This document shows positions 12,429 through 24,143 of a DNA stretch of 64,000 nucleotides, in pieces. The notes beneath the pieces are model-generated. The model saw only the letters and a list, made by a program, of their open reading frames with translations, was not told where the DNA came from and did not search any database. A program made the position numbers and the translations under genes. Positions within the stretch are counted from its first letter, which is position 1, and every line of letters starts with the position of its first letter. Origin of the DNA: Mantamonas sphyraenae STR306 (lineage: Eukaryota > Protista > CRuMs). The DNA is taken from contig JAPMXV010000059.1 of the NCBI GenBank assembly GCA_026936335.1, positions 248,001 through 312,000 of the forward strand. Reading direction: 5' to 3'.

Positions 12429-14117
12429 ATGGGAAAACCTTGGATGCAGCTGTCGTCTTCGGGCGGACTAGCATGGTTGAAGATGCGACCTATCAGCAAG
12501 GTGGAGATGACGTGGGGCGAACTGTTGCTGGCTGTGTTCTGCACAGCGATTTTTGCAGCGGTGGCAGTGGGACGGGCCTCCGGAGACGAAGCCAACGAAG
12601 AGACGGGCGGCCTCATCAGCACACCGATCGTGTTGGCAATGATTCCGGTGTCCCGTAATGGGATCCTGAACATTGTGTTTGGGGTGGCGTTTGAGAGGGC
12701 GTTGTACGTGCACCGGCTTTTTGGGCGCCTGGCTGTGGCTGGGGTTCTCATTCACGGTTCTTTCTTTCTGAACGAGCTGTTTGCAGACTCGGAGCGTATG
12801 TGGGGAACAATCTCGGCCATTGGCGCGGTTGCATTGTTTGTGACCTCTCTCGGTTGGCTGCGCCGACACCTGTTCAACGTTTTCATGTTTTTCCATCTGG
12901 TGGCGACGATTGTGTTTCTGGGTGCAGGCGTGCTGCACGAAGGCGATGTGGCAACGGCACTGGTGTTCACGGTGATCTTCAATGTGGTGGACTGGCTGTT
13001 CCGGGCCAACTCGATGACAAACGCGTGCCGTGTGGACAAGGTGGAGCTGCTGCCTGGCGACGTGGTGCGTCTGTCGATTGGACGTCCAGATGACTTTGAG
13101 TACGAAGCTGGGCAGTACGCGTTCTTGATGATCCCGTCGCTGTCGCCGGTCGAGTGGCATCCGTTTTCATTTGCGTCTCATCCAGAGGACAAGGAGACCA
13201 TTGTCGTGTGCATCCGGCTGCTGGGCAACTGGACACGTGCGTTGATTCGCAAGGTGGAGAAGAATCCGGGCGAGTCGTTCACAATGTACCTGGACGGGCC
13301 GTACGGGCGGCCGTCCTTGGATGTGAGCGAGTACGACAGTGTGCTGCTGATCAGCGGAGGGATCGGCATCACGCCGATGCAGTCGTTGTTCAACAGCATG
13401 GTGTGCCAGTACACGGAAGGGGCGCGTTCATTCCAAAAGGTGATGTTTGTGTGGAGTGTGCGTGACAAAGTGCTTCTGGAGGCGCTGACGGAACAAGTCA
13501 AGTCGCCGTTGTCCTTGCTGTCGGATGGAACTGGCCAGGGAGACGATGTGGTGGAACGACTGCAGGCCAAGACATTGGATCTGGAGCGGCAGCACAAAGA
13601 GCGCACACTGACGGGAGGCGACAACGAGCGCACGCAGGCGTTGCAGGCTGCCACGCAGGAACAGTCGCTGCCTGTGGCCTTTCAACCGTTGAACATGCTG
13701 CATCGAGGCACGTCGTTTGCCGCAAACGAATTGCAGGGAGTGGAGGAGGACGAAGAAGAGGTCACGCCCGGCGTGCAGAGTGTCAAGCCGATGAACAACC
13801 TGGCAGCGGTAGAGGCTGGCAACGTATCATCAGAAGGATCGGCAGCAAAGGTGCCATTTGAGACGCTGTTCTACCTGACGCGGGCCAAGGGAGACTTGGG
13901 CTCGTCGAATCCGTCGCTGCGTTCCGGTCGTCCGCCCATTGCATCGCTGATGGAAACGATTGCACAGCAGAGCAATGGGTTGGAGAAGGTGGCTGTGATG
14001 ACGTGTGGACCCGATCCACTTGTGGCATCTGTGTACAGGGAGGCTGCGGCGTTCAACCGCCGGCGCACGTCCGACCAGCCACGCATGGACGTGCATTCGG
14101 AAAGCTTTGCATTTTGA
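12429..14117 (+). CDS. Ferric reductase / NADPH-oxidase superfamily flavocytochrome
   Basis: TM helices with paired haem His (YVHRLFG...LIHG; FFHLV...VLHE), FAD motif EWHPFS, DGPYG, NADPH motif SGGIGITP, CGP, and terminal HSESFAF. Confidence 0.92.
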   Translation: MGKPWMQLSSSGGLAWLKMRPISKVEMTWGELLLAVFCTAIFAAVAVGRASGDEANEETGGLISTPIVLAMIPVSRNGILNIVFGVAFERALYVHRLFGRLAVAGVLIHGSFFLNELFADSERMWGTISAIGAVALFVTSLGWLRRHLFNVFMFFHLVATIVFLGAGVLHEGDVATALVFTVIFNVVDWLFRANSMTNACRVDKVELLPGDVVRLSIGRPDDFEYEAGQYAFLMIPSLSPVEWHPFSFASHPEDKETIVVCIRLLGNWTRALIRKVEKNPGESFTMYLDGPYGRPSLDVSEYDSVLLISGGIGITPMQSLFNSMVCQYTEGARSFQKVMFVWSVRDKVLLEALTEQVKSPLSLLSDGTGQGDDVVERLQAKTLDLERQHKERTLTGGDNERTQALQAATQEQSLPVAFQPLNMLHRGTSFAANELQGVEEDEEEVTPGVQSVKPMNNLAAVEAGNVSSEGSAAKVPFETLFYLTRAKGDLGSSNPSLRSGRPPIASLMETIAQQSNGLEKVAVMTCGPDPLVASVYREAAAFNRRRTSDQPRMDVHSESFAF

Positions 14118-14228
14118 CGACCCTGCACGGCGAATGGGAGTGGCTTCAGAGGGAGTTGGTGAGTGAGTGAGTGTGTGGATTGGAGGGGGGCGCCGCCGCT
14201 GGCAATCCAAACACCAACAAACGTCACA

Positions 14229-16389
14229 ATGAGCTACAAGTCGGACAAGGGCAAGATGGAGAAGCATCAAAAGATGCTGACGGAGATCCTGAAGCGGGAG
14301 GAGAACCAGTACTGCGTGGAGTGTGGCGCCAAGGGTAGGTAGTGGGGCTGGAATTGGCCGAGAGACGAAACGGCCCGACAAGGCGAAAGAACGCGTTTAG
14401 CTGACGCGTGGGGCATGTGCGGGATGGGACGTGCGGGGAAACAGGCCCTCGTTGGGCGTCGACGAATCTTGGCGTGTTCTTCTGCATCCGATGCAGTGGA
14501 ATCCACCGCAAGCTGGGGGTGCACATCACCAAAGTGAAGTCGACGACGATGGATTTCTGGTCAGCAAAGGAGGTGGCGTTCATCAACAACATGGGAAACG
14601 CGTACGGACGGCTGATTTGGGAGGCCAACGCTCCGTCGAATGTGAAGAAGCCGACGCCGTCGACAGACGACTAGTAGGTTGTGGCGGGGAAGCAAGGAGG
14701 GGAAGGGCAAAAAGGAGGGCGTTTGCGTTCCAGAGGGACTTTTTGCGCGTTGCGGGACGGGTGCCAAGAACAGGGCGGGGGCAAAGGAAACTGACAGGGG
14801 TGACTGGCATGCCACATGCGCGATACAGCACGGTGGAGCAATGGATGCGTGCAAAGTACGAGCATGGTCGCTACAAGGCGAGTGAGGACCAGATCGCGGA
14901 GATTCTGGCCAGCAAGCCGTCGTCGGGCAAGTCTGGAGATGGCAAAAAGGTACGGCGAGGCACAAACGAACCCAAAAGAGGTCGCACGTAAACACCACAG
15001 AACACATTGGGAACTGACACGTGGGGCGCGTTGCATGAATGATGGTACTCGGGGACTGGGGACTGTGCAGAGACGCACTCGCAAGCGTGTAAGTTGCAGC
15101 CGAAGCGCAACAGATTGGGGAGGGTGCACAAGACGGCATGCTGACACACACACACACACGGGGACACCACAACTGCGCAGCAGAACAAGGAAGAGAAAGA
15201 GTCGAAGGATTCGGGCGAGGATGAGGATGAGGAAGTGGTGGAGAAGACGAGCAAGCAGACGAGCACGTCGACGACACGCACGCCACGCCGACGCACACAG
15301 CAGCGCGCAGAGAAAGAGTCGTCACGCAGTGGAGTCAAGGCGGAGCGCTCTGGCAAGGTGAGCAGGGCGGAGAAGAAGCAGGAGGAAAGCTCGTCGGACT
15401 CGCAGCAGGACATGCTGGTCATGTTTGGCGGCGATGATTCGTCGGACATGACCAGCGGAGGCAACACAGGCAACAGCGGCGGTGGTCTGAGTGGAAGCGG
15501 AAACAGCCTCGTGGACGACTTTGACCTGCTGAACCTGGCCGGGGAGACGTCGACAAAGAAGACGGGCCGTGGAAGCCAGCTGGAAGACGGCCTGCGCAAT
15601 GTACATAGCACGGGCGACCTGCAGTCCATGGAAAAGGGTGCCGGGGCACTGCTCGGCGCATTCGGCATGGGCGGCGGGGGCATCGAGGAGGCCAAGTCCA
15701 CAGGCGACATGGGCAGCACAGGCAACTCCAAGCTGGACATTCTTTCGCTGTACAACACGTCCAACTCAGGCAACGACAACAGTGGCAACCAGGACGGCTT
15801 TGGCAACCAAGGAGGTTTCGGCAACCAGGGCGGTTTTGGCAACCAGGGAGGCTATGGGAACCAAGGCGGCTATGGGAACCAGGGAGGATATGGGAACCAA
15901 GGCGGCTATGGGAACCAGGGAGGATATGGGAACCAAGGAGGGTATGGCAACCAGGGCGGGTACGGCAACCAAGGCGGATACGGAAGCCAAGGCGGCTACG
16001 GCAACCAAGGCGGCTATGGAAGCCAAGGAGGGTACGGCAACCAGGGTGGATATGGAAGCCAGGGCGGCTATGGAAGCCAAGGCGGATACGGCAACCAAGG
16101 CGGATACGGCAACCAAGGAGGCTATGGCAACCAGGGAGGGTATGGAAGCCAAGATGGATATGGCAACCAAGGCGGATATCAGCAGCAGAACAACGGATAC
16201 GGCGGATACGGCTCGCAGGGTGTCTACCAACAGCAGAGCAACACGGGTGGCTTTGGTGGAGGCAGTCAGTCGAACAACAGCTTCAACAACTCGGGCGGCA
16301 ACTACTCGTCGCTGTCGGGCTCGTTCTCGCAGGGATCGACGGGTTCGGGCAACAACAGCAAGAAGGACGACTTTGCCGGCCTGTTTTGA
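14229..16389 (+). CDS. SMAP-type ArfGAP with GYGNQG-repeat C-terminus (4 exons)
   Basis: CVECGAKG|PRWASTNLGVFFCIRCSGIHRKLGVHITKVKS zinc finger and WMRAKYE. Introns at ~14335-14444, ~14674-14828 and ~14950-15180. Confidence 0.92.
15784..16180 (+). repeat. Coding 18-bp tandem repeat, about 21 copies of G[N/S]QGG[Y/F]
   Basis: GGCAACCARGGHGGHTAY-type units, degenerate at third codon positions, in frame within the ArfGAP last exon. Confidence 0.95.
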
Positions 16390-16451
16390 GCATTGATGAG
16401 CATTGAAATGAACGTGGAACCTTGTGTTGATGTCGTTTGTTGCTGTGCAAT

Positions 16452-17831
16452 CTACGTTGTCAGCTTGATGGCGTTGAGCTCGTCTTGCAACTCCTGCAGC
16501 TCGGCATCGGTGATCTCTTCGCCGACCGAGTTGCTCTGACCCTTTTCAAGGCGCTCAAAGCGGTCTGCAGTGACGCCGAGCCAGGTAAGTGCGTTCTGAC
16601 CGAGCAGTTTGGCCTGGACCTCCTCGGCCAGGTCGGTGCTCTTGATCAGCGAGCCCGGGTGGTGTTCGCCCAGAGGAAACGGGTAATCAGAGCCCAGCAC
16701 GACGTGGTCTTCGCCCATGAGGTCCACCAGGTACTTGAGCATGGTTTCGTCGTGCACGAGGCTGTCGACGTAGAACTTGCCGAGATACTCGCGCGGGTTC
16801 TTGTCGTTCTCCACCTGGCACAGGTCCGGTCGCACGTTGAATCCATGCTCAATGCGGCCAATGGTGGCAGGGAACGAGCCACCGCCATGGGCAAACATCA
16901 CGCGCAGGTTGGGGAAGCGCTCAAACACACCGCCAAAGATCATGGAGCAGATAGCCAGCGATGTCTCTGCAGGCATGCCAACCAGCCACGGCAGCCAGTA
17001 CTTCTCCATCTTCTGCTTGCCCATCATGTCTGTGAGGCGCAGGGGTCAGCCGGAGCGGTCGTTTTGCCGTTTAGCGCAAAGCGGCCACAAGAGAAAAAGG
17101 GGCATTTTCCGCGTGTTCGCGTAGCAGTGTTCACGCGCTCCCAATACTTACCCCACGGGTGTACAAAGATGCAGGCACCCAGGCGCTCGGCCTCCTCATA
17201 CACAGGGAACAGCTCGGGGTTGTCCAGGTTCCAGTCGTTGATGTGCGAGCCGATTTGGATGCCGGCGAGTCCCAAATCTTCCACGCAACGGCGCAGCTCC
17301 TGCACAGCCAGCTCGGGCGCCTGCATAGGCAGCGTGCCCAGTCCAATGTACCGTGACGGGTTCTCTGCCACCGCTTGCGAGATGTTGTTGTTCAGGTACA
17401 TGGCCAGGTCGAGCGTGTCCTCCGGCTTTGCCCAGTAGCCGAACATCACCGGCACCGTCGACAGCACTTGCACGTCCACCTCGTCAGAGTCGCACTCCTC
17501 AATGCGTGTCTGTGCGTCCCAGCAGTTGCACTCAATCGTGCCTGTGTGGTGGCGGGCAGCCCTCGCCAGTGTCAGTTTCGTTCCGGTCCGCGATTTGCGC
17601 CCCTGGGTCCATGGTGCCATTGTTTGTGAATGTACAACGCGGTTCTTGTTTCCACTTACGGAAATTCTTGCCAGCCAGGATCATGTCAGCTGTCTTTTTC
17701 TCTTCGTTGTGCTCCAGCGTGATGAAGCCTTCGTACCCAAACTTTTCGTCCAGGCCCTGCAGGTCCTTGGGCAGGATGTGCGTGTGGCAGTCGATCACCA
17801 GCGGTCGTTCCGATGTGCTCTTCGTGTCCAT
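16452..17831 (-). CDS. ACMSD: 2-amino-3-carboxymuconate-6-semialdehyde decarboxylase (3 exons)
   Basis: IDCHTHILP, VQVLSTVPVMFGYWAK, GLGTLPMQAP, IFVHPW|DMMG, YWLPWLVGMPAET, FAHGGGSFP, VVLGSDYPFPLGE. Introns 17659-17542 and 17151-17030. Confidence 0.96.
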
Positions 17832-17912
17832 GTTGTCGTTTTTGGCTGTGCGGTTGTTGTGGTGGCACGGGAGGCACCACCACCGGCCGCACCAACCTTT
17901 CGCTCCACGCTC

Positions 17913-18294
17913 ATGTCCAGCACATCCGACGCTCAGGGTGCCAAAACCGAGGCGCTGTTGCTCGACGCAGCCCACTCGCACATGTTTGACACCGTGGAGG
18001 ACGTGTTCCTGGCCAAGATTCAGGACAGGATCCTCTACGTGTTTGGTGTCGGGATTTCCGGTACGTTTGCTCGCCTGTCGTCCGTTCCGTGTGCATGTGC
18101 ACGTGCGCTCAACCAGGTTTGCGGGTCTTACATGGACACAGGCGCATGTGACGATGTGTTGCGTGCCCAACCAAGGCCGAGGCCGCGTAGAGAGCGCGCG
18201 CACTGACACACATGCCTTCCGCATCCCTCTTTGCACAGCCTACGCTGGGGTCAAGGGAGGCAGCACGTTCCGCAAGATGGCCAATGCAAACTAA
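17913..18294 (+). CDS. ~67-aa single-TM micro-protein, COX7A / cytochrome c oxidase subunit VII-like (2 exons)
   Basis: ATG 17913, intron 18061-18238 (GTACGT...CTGAC...CACAG), TAA 18294. Product ends ...VFLAKIQDRILYVFGVGISAYAGVKGGSTFRKMANAN. Family call is inference. Confidence 0.6.
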
Positions 18295-18341
18295 GTATGA
18301 CACGCACACTCTTCGTTGAATTCGTTGATCATGTCCATTTG

Positions 18342-21300
18342 CTATGCGAGCGCAAGCAGCCCTCGCAGCATGCGCGCGAGGTCCCGGGTGGGCTGCAGGC
18401 CCAGGACGAGGTGCTGCAGTCCCAGCCGCTTCAACGGGTGGCTAAGCAATGCCATGAGCACCTGGCTCTGGTCTGCAGGCACCCCGGCACGACACAGCAG
18501 CGTAAGCACGACCGCAGGAAAGGTGACGTGTGCAGGGAAGCGGTGCAGCAGCTCCACCTCCTCGTCAGCCTCGTCCGTGTCGCTGTCCACACTCTCCTCT
18601 TGCATGCTGTCCACAAGGAAGCTGATGGAAATCTCACGTTCTCTGCGCTCGCGCTCCTTTGCCTCGCGTTCCTCGGCGCTTTCTTGTTCCTCCCTCTCGT
18701 TGACGACCATGACTGGGCCACAGCCGTCCAGCACATCGGCACTCAGTTGGACCACGTCCTGCAACCACCGACCTTCGCCCAGCGTGCCTGTGTTCACCAT
18801 GCACAGCACCAGCATGTGTGCAAGCCGCATACACTGCCACGAGGTCAGGTCATCTCGCACCAGGATCCCAGGCAAGCTCTGCCCAATCAGAGTTTCCATC
18901 ATCTGAGCCTGTGTGCACCCTCCGTTCCAGCTCAGAAGGGCAGCCACGACACAGGCCATCTCCACGCTGTCAAACGGGTCGCTCGACGTGTACTCGCAAA
19001 GCTGCGAGGCAAACAGGTCGCACACGCGTTGGATGCCCAAACGCTGCACGCTGCTACGCACAGCGCCCATCTTCCTGTCCAGTTGCAGCAGGAACCGCGT
19101 GCGATCCGTGTGGATCTCGCTGATGCATCCGCGCACAAGCTTGGCTGCTGCTGCCGCCTGTGCTTGCTGGCTCTGTTCAGTGCTGCGGCTGTGTTCAATC
19201 CACTGCACCACTGCATTCTGCTCTGCCGACACCTGCTGTCGCAGCAGTTCCAGCAGCCGCGTCAACTCGCGCCGAGCAATGTCGTTGTCCACGCCCAGTG
19301 CACTCAGCAGATGCTTCACCTGAGTGGCGTTTAGCAGTCCATGCAGCCACACGGCTGTGTGTGGCACAGCACGTACCATAGCCATCAGACGGACCACCAG
19401 TGCCTCTGCGCTCCGTCGTGCGCTCGCCTCTGCAGACCGTCGAGTCAGCAGTAGATCCACCTCCTTCACGACTTTGTTCAGTACCACATGCATGCTGTTT
19501 GCCAGCTGCCACACGCTCTTGTCCTTGGAGAAAGAGCGCATCCATCGCACCAACTCTTCGCTGTCTGCCGGTGGTGTGTCCAGCGCTGCCACGTTGACGT
19601 CAAACAAAGCCTCCAACACACTCTCTGCCGTGTTTTCGTGCACAGAAAGCCCTCCATCCAACACAACTTTCTTCGATGCGCGCGTGTCGCTGTTCCCTTC
19701 GTTGCCATTGCCATTGCCATTGCTGTTGCTGCTGCTGCTGCTGCTCCCGTTTGCGTCTTCACCCAGATCCGCGGCCAGGAACCCCATGCCTGCGTCCGAG
19801 TCCTCTTGCAGCATGTCCAGGTTCAGGAACGAAGACAACATGTCCTCCTCGTTCGACGGCTCTTCGGTGACCATCTCTGTGGCAGACACATCCGCCCCCG
19901 CTCCGGATACCGGCGTTCTGCCTTCTCCTCGTGGAGTGCCACCCGTTCCGTCCTGCACATCGCTTCCATCCTTGGCTTCTTTCTTCAACTTCTCGATCGA
20001 GTGTTCTCCTGGCATGCACAGAGTGTTGCGCCCATGCACCAGTTGCCCAACAACCTGCGCCATCCAGTCACACATCTGCTTTGCCCGCTGAGCCCACTCC
20101 CGTTCCTCGCCAGCGTCGCTTTCTCCCCTTCGTCCTGTCCGTGTACATCCTCGTTGCCAAACACTTCTTCGCGGTCGCGCTTGCGGCCAGTCGGCAGCCC
20201 ACTCGACCCGCCCCCGACGTCGTTCATCAGCGAATCAAAGCCATTCTGGCCAAACGCATCCGTGGCAAACGAGTCCACAACCTCTGCAGCTACGGTGGCA
20301 GGCGACATGCGCGGCTGTGCCCTGCGTGCCGCTCGCTCAAGCTTGTTGTTGAACAGTCGCAGCAACATCGTCCTGTTCTTGAGCACCTCCTGCGTGCGTA
20401 GGTATTTACATACACGCACAAAAGTCACCAAAAGCGAGTGCATAGCAAGATGCACGTTGTCAATGCCCGTTTGCTGGGCCTGCTCGTGGCCCGGCAGTCT
20501 GCGTCGCTTGCTGCCCTGTCGCAGCATGCTCGCGCCGTTTGTCGACGTGAGTGCTAAATGTCGCTCGTGGCCCACTTGAGGGCATGCAAGGTACACAATG
20601 TCTTCTACCAGCAGCGTCACAACCTCCAGAAGCCGCCCGTGCGCATTCAGTGCCTCCAAGCACCCCTCCGCCTGCCTTTCCGTCACCTTGACTCCCAATA
20701 GTGTGCTCATGGCTCCGTCAGCATCGGAGGTGTCTCTGCGTATCAGTTCTATCGCACGATCACACAGCTGCGGCGTCCACATGGCTCCGTCGCTTGCAGC
20801 GGCAAACACTTCGCCTGCGTCCATCCCCTGCAGGGCCTCGTCACTGAGTTGCTCCGATTGTATCTGTGCACGCATCTCTTCCAACACTGTGTGCAGCGCC
20901 GTGTGGTGTGCAAACGCATCCTGTGGCAGCAGGCCGGCTTGCAAACATCCGCGAACCACAATCGGCATGCACGTCTGTTCACTTGACCCTATCCTTGCGA
21001 CGGCCAGCGTGTCGTCACGTATGACCTCCAAAAGGGCGTCGACGTGTGCGTTTGTCTCCGTGTCGACAAGCGTGTGCATGGCCACGACGATGCGTGGCAA
21101 CATGGTGCCCAGCACACACCTGTACCTTGCCATGCGGCTGCTTCCTGCCTCGGCCTCGTGTGCCTCTGCATCTCTGTGTATCACCAATGCCGTGGTCTTC
21201 CACACCGTCTCGTACGTTTCCTGCAACGGCCGGTTGCCCAGCCGGTGCAGGTTGAACAACTTTTGTGCGTGCTCGAGCGCGTCAAACACCTCATGTGCTC

Positions 21301-22204
21301 CCAGCACCAGGTGGCTCAAGTACGCTTTGAGTGGGTAGCCCCTGTCCAACGGCTGTGTGATGCTGATGTTGTTTGTGAGCAACAGGCAGCCCGTGTTGAA
21401 CTGGGCCGCGTGGGTAGAGGTTGACGACTCGCTCTCACTCTTCACATAGAACCCCTTGGGTGAACTGGCCACCAGAAACGCTTGCCAGTTGGGCGTGGAA
21501 CACTGCCGCTCAAACACAGCGAGCGCAGGGACGTGGCTGCCCCGTGCCAGCGTCGCTTGCCACTGTTCGGGTTGCTTCCGTCGAGCGACGTACAACAGAG
21601 TGCGCTCCCACGACGAACGCAGCCATCGTTCCACGCACGCGGTCGCCCGCTGTTGCACAGCGTCGATGAGATGAGCACCCTTGGTGTCGCCTTGGGTCTC
21701 TTTGTGTTCACTGTCCAGCTGCGTCGTGGCCAGGAAGAGCTGGAAGGCTTGCAGACATGCGCTGCACGCCAGCCCTGCCCGGTCCTGGTTGCCGCTGCTG
21801 CCGGCGTAGGGCAGAGAAGACTGCCGAAGGGTGTTTTGTAGGGCACAGTGCAGGTCGGTGCTGTTCATGAACGCATACACCAGGTCGAAAACTGCCAGAA
21901 AGTGCAGGGGCTTGTTTGTCACCTCCATGGCCCGGTCACACAGGGTGCACACAAGCAACAGCGGGTCCAGCACTTGTGTGTTCAGTGCATACGCCACGTA
22001 CTCCTTGACGCGAGCACTGGGCACGCGCGGAGTGAGCATCACATCCAACAGTTCGCGTACCACAGCCTGCTGCACTTGCACCTCGTCCTCTGCCAGTCGC
22101 TTGCTGTCCAGATACGCCTGCAGCTGCACACCCCACTCCAACTCGTTGAATCTGCGCTCCACAGCCAACGCAATCGAGGATCGCTGCGCCGTGCCAAACT
22201 CCAT
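18342..22204 (-). CDS. MED24: Mediator tail subunit MED24/Med5-like; one frame break near 20125
   Basis: N-terminus MEFGTAQRSSIALAVERRFNELEWGVQL...LLDVMLTPRVPSARVKEYVAYALNTQVL parallels the MED24 N-terminus (AWKERWSDYQWAINM...PNPLILSYLKYAISSQMV). ORFs 19985..22801 and 18342..20075 join at a G run. Confidence 0.7.
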
Positions 22205-24117
22205 GAGCCAGAGCGAGGTGGGTGTTGGCGAAATACGCGCACTCTGGATACTCGATGGCCAGGCGAATGTCCTCTGGCACAGACGCTTTGGCACAGTCGA
22301 CACCCGTTGTCTACGTGCACGCCTCAACCTCGCCCTCGCCCAACAGGCTCGCGAGAAACAGCTCGCTGCCGAAGCCGAAGCCGCCGCCAATGACGACGAA
22401 TACGACGAACGCGTCGACACGGACGATGTCGCCGACCGTGCCTCTTCCACACACGAGAGCGTGGGCGGAGCGAGCAGCAGCAGCAGTGGTCGAGCCAGTG
22501 GCAGTGTCGGACCCAAGGCTGACGACGACACGTCCTCCAAACAGGCTGACCAGGACCCGCAGCTCGATCTGCAAGCCGTACGCAGCCTGTTCGGCATCCC
22601 TTCCAACGGCGAGCTGTCCTTTGCAGTGGCAAACGACTTTCTCGAGCAGGTGGACGATCCGCACACGGTGGGCGCCTCGTCCCCTGTCCTGCGGCTGCCC
22701 ACCTTGCCCGCGCTGTTCCCGCTCGCCTTGGTCGTCCACGCCGACCTGTTCTTCCTCGCTCTCCCGGCCACAGAGCCCACCGTGGACCTCGACACACCCA
22801 TGCTTGACTTGTAAGTGACCCATTACAACGCAGAGCATGTTCATTGTCGTGTCATCACATGCCTTTGGCCCGTTCGAGGTGATTCGCGACCGGGCAACTC
22901 ACACACACACTCCTCACACTCTCCACAGACCCTGTGTCACCATGGCACTGCAAGTATTGCAGGACATGGCCCAATTACACAGCTCACTTCTGGGAGGAAA
23001 CCTGGATGAGCTCACACGGAGCGCCATGCTTCACTCGTTCGTGTCGCTCATGATGCCCTTTGGCAAGCCGCTGGACACCGATGTGAACAACGTGCGCAAA
23101 ATCATTTCCACTGAATTCCCTCGTCCCGAGACACTGCATGAAGCTAGACCGGCCTGGAAGCCCTATGTGCACCGTGGCAAGCAGCGCTTGGACTTTGCCG
23201 TGCGTGAGAAGCTCAACGTTGTTCTGTACGACCAGGAGGAGCTCACGGACGTGTGTCAGGTCCACGGACGCATCCGGTGTCGTGCAGAGATCGAAGGCGT
23301 GCCCAGCGTCACGCTGGCACTGGCCAACCACACCAACATTGCTCACATGAGCAGCCACCACTGTGTACAGACTCCCGACTCCTTCACAGCCCACCAGATC
23401 TGCTTCACGCCGCCTCTCGACGTGTTCGACCTCATCCAGTACCAGGCTGTCGACGCATACACCTCCCCAATCCTCGGCTTCTACCAGATGATGGAGAACG
23501 AACAGCAGCCACACCAGGTCGACGTCCTCGTCCAGCTCAAGCTCGCCATGCCCGACGTCAACAACTTTGAATACTGCGAGGTCCGCATCCCGTTTGCCAA
23601 TCGCGGTCCCATCAAGTCTCATCAGCTCCAGCCTACAAACGGCTCTGTCTCTCTCAGTGACGACCGCAAGGCCATCCTCTGGTCCATTGGCAACCGCTTT
23701 GCCTCGCGCAACCTCGAAGTTGCCCTGCCGGGCAGCGTGTTTTTCGCATCCGACCAAGATGGCCAGCAAGCAGCCTCAACGTCTTCCTCTTCGTCGTCGT
23801 CGTCGTCGCCCTCCTCCTCCGCGGCAAACAAGGGCTCCAGCTCCGACGACCCGTTTCTCTGCGGGCCCAACAGTTTCATCGAGCTGCGTTTCCGCATGCC
23901 CTTCTCCCTCAGCGAGGTGTCCATTGATCAAAAGTCTGTGTCTGTGTTTGGCAAGAACACGCGTGTGGCCGTCAATGTGGAACACACCCTCGAGTCGGAT
24001 TCGTTTATCATCTGGAATTCGCTCGGGAAGGCAGCTAGCGTGGCCACACCCCCACACCCCAACCAGTGGGTTTCGCTTGACGAATCCATTGTTGACAACG
24101 AGCCCATAGCTCAATGA
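22203..24117 (+). CDS. AP5M1: AP-5 complex mu subunit (2 exons)
   Basis: IRALWILD...WHRRFGTVD N-terminus, MPFGKPLDT, RPAWKP, and mu-homology domain (IRCRAEIEGVP, HHCVQ, FTPPLD, PILGFYQM). Intron 22811-22928. Confidence 0.9.
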
Positions 24118-24143
24118 AAACGAATGATGTGCATTGGCATCCA

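Noticed and set aside
14672-14674. In-frame stops (here TAG; also TAA at 41473 and 63061) as stop-codon reassignment or readthrough
   Set aside because: Each overlaps a GT splice donor and is removed by splicing. All three stop codons terminate genes normally.
15784-16180. Regular short repeats as a CRISPR array
   Set aside because: There are no spacers and no cas genes. The repeat is an in-frame coding repeat varying at third positions.
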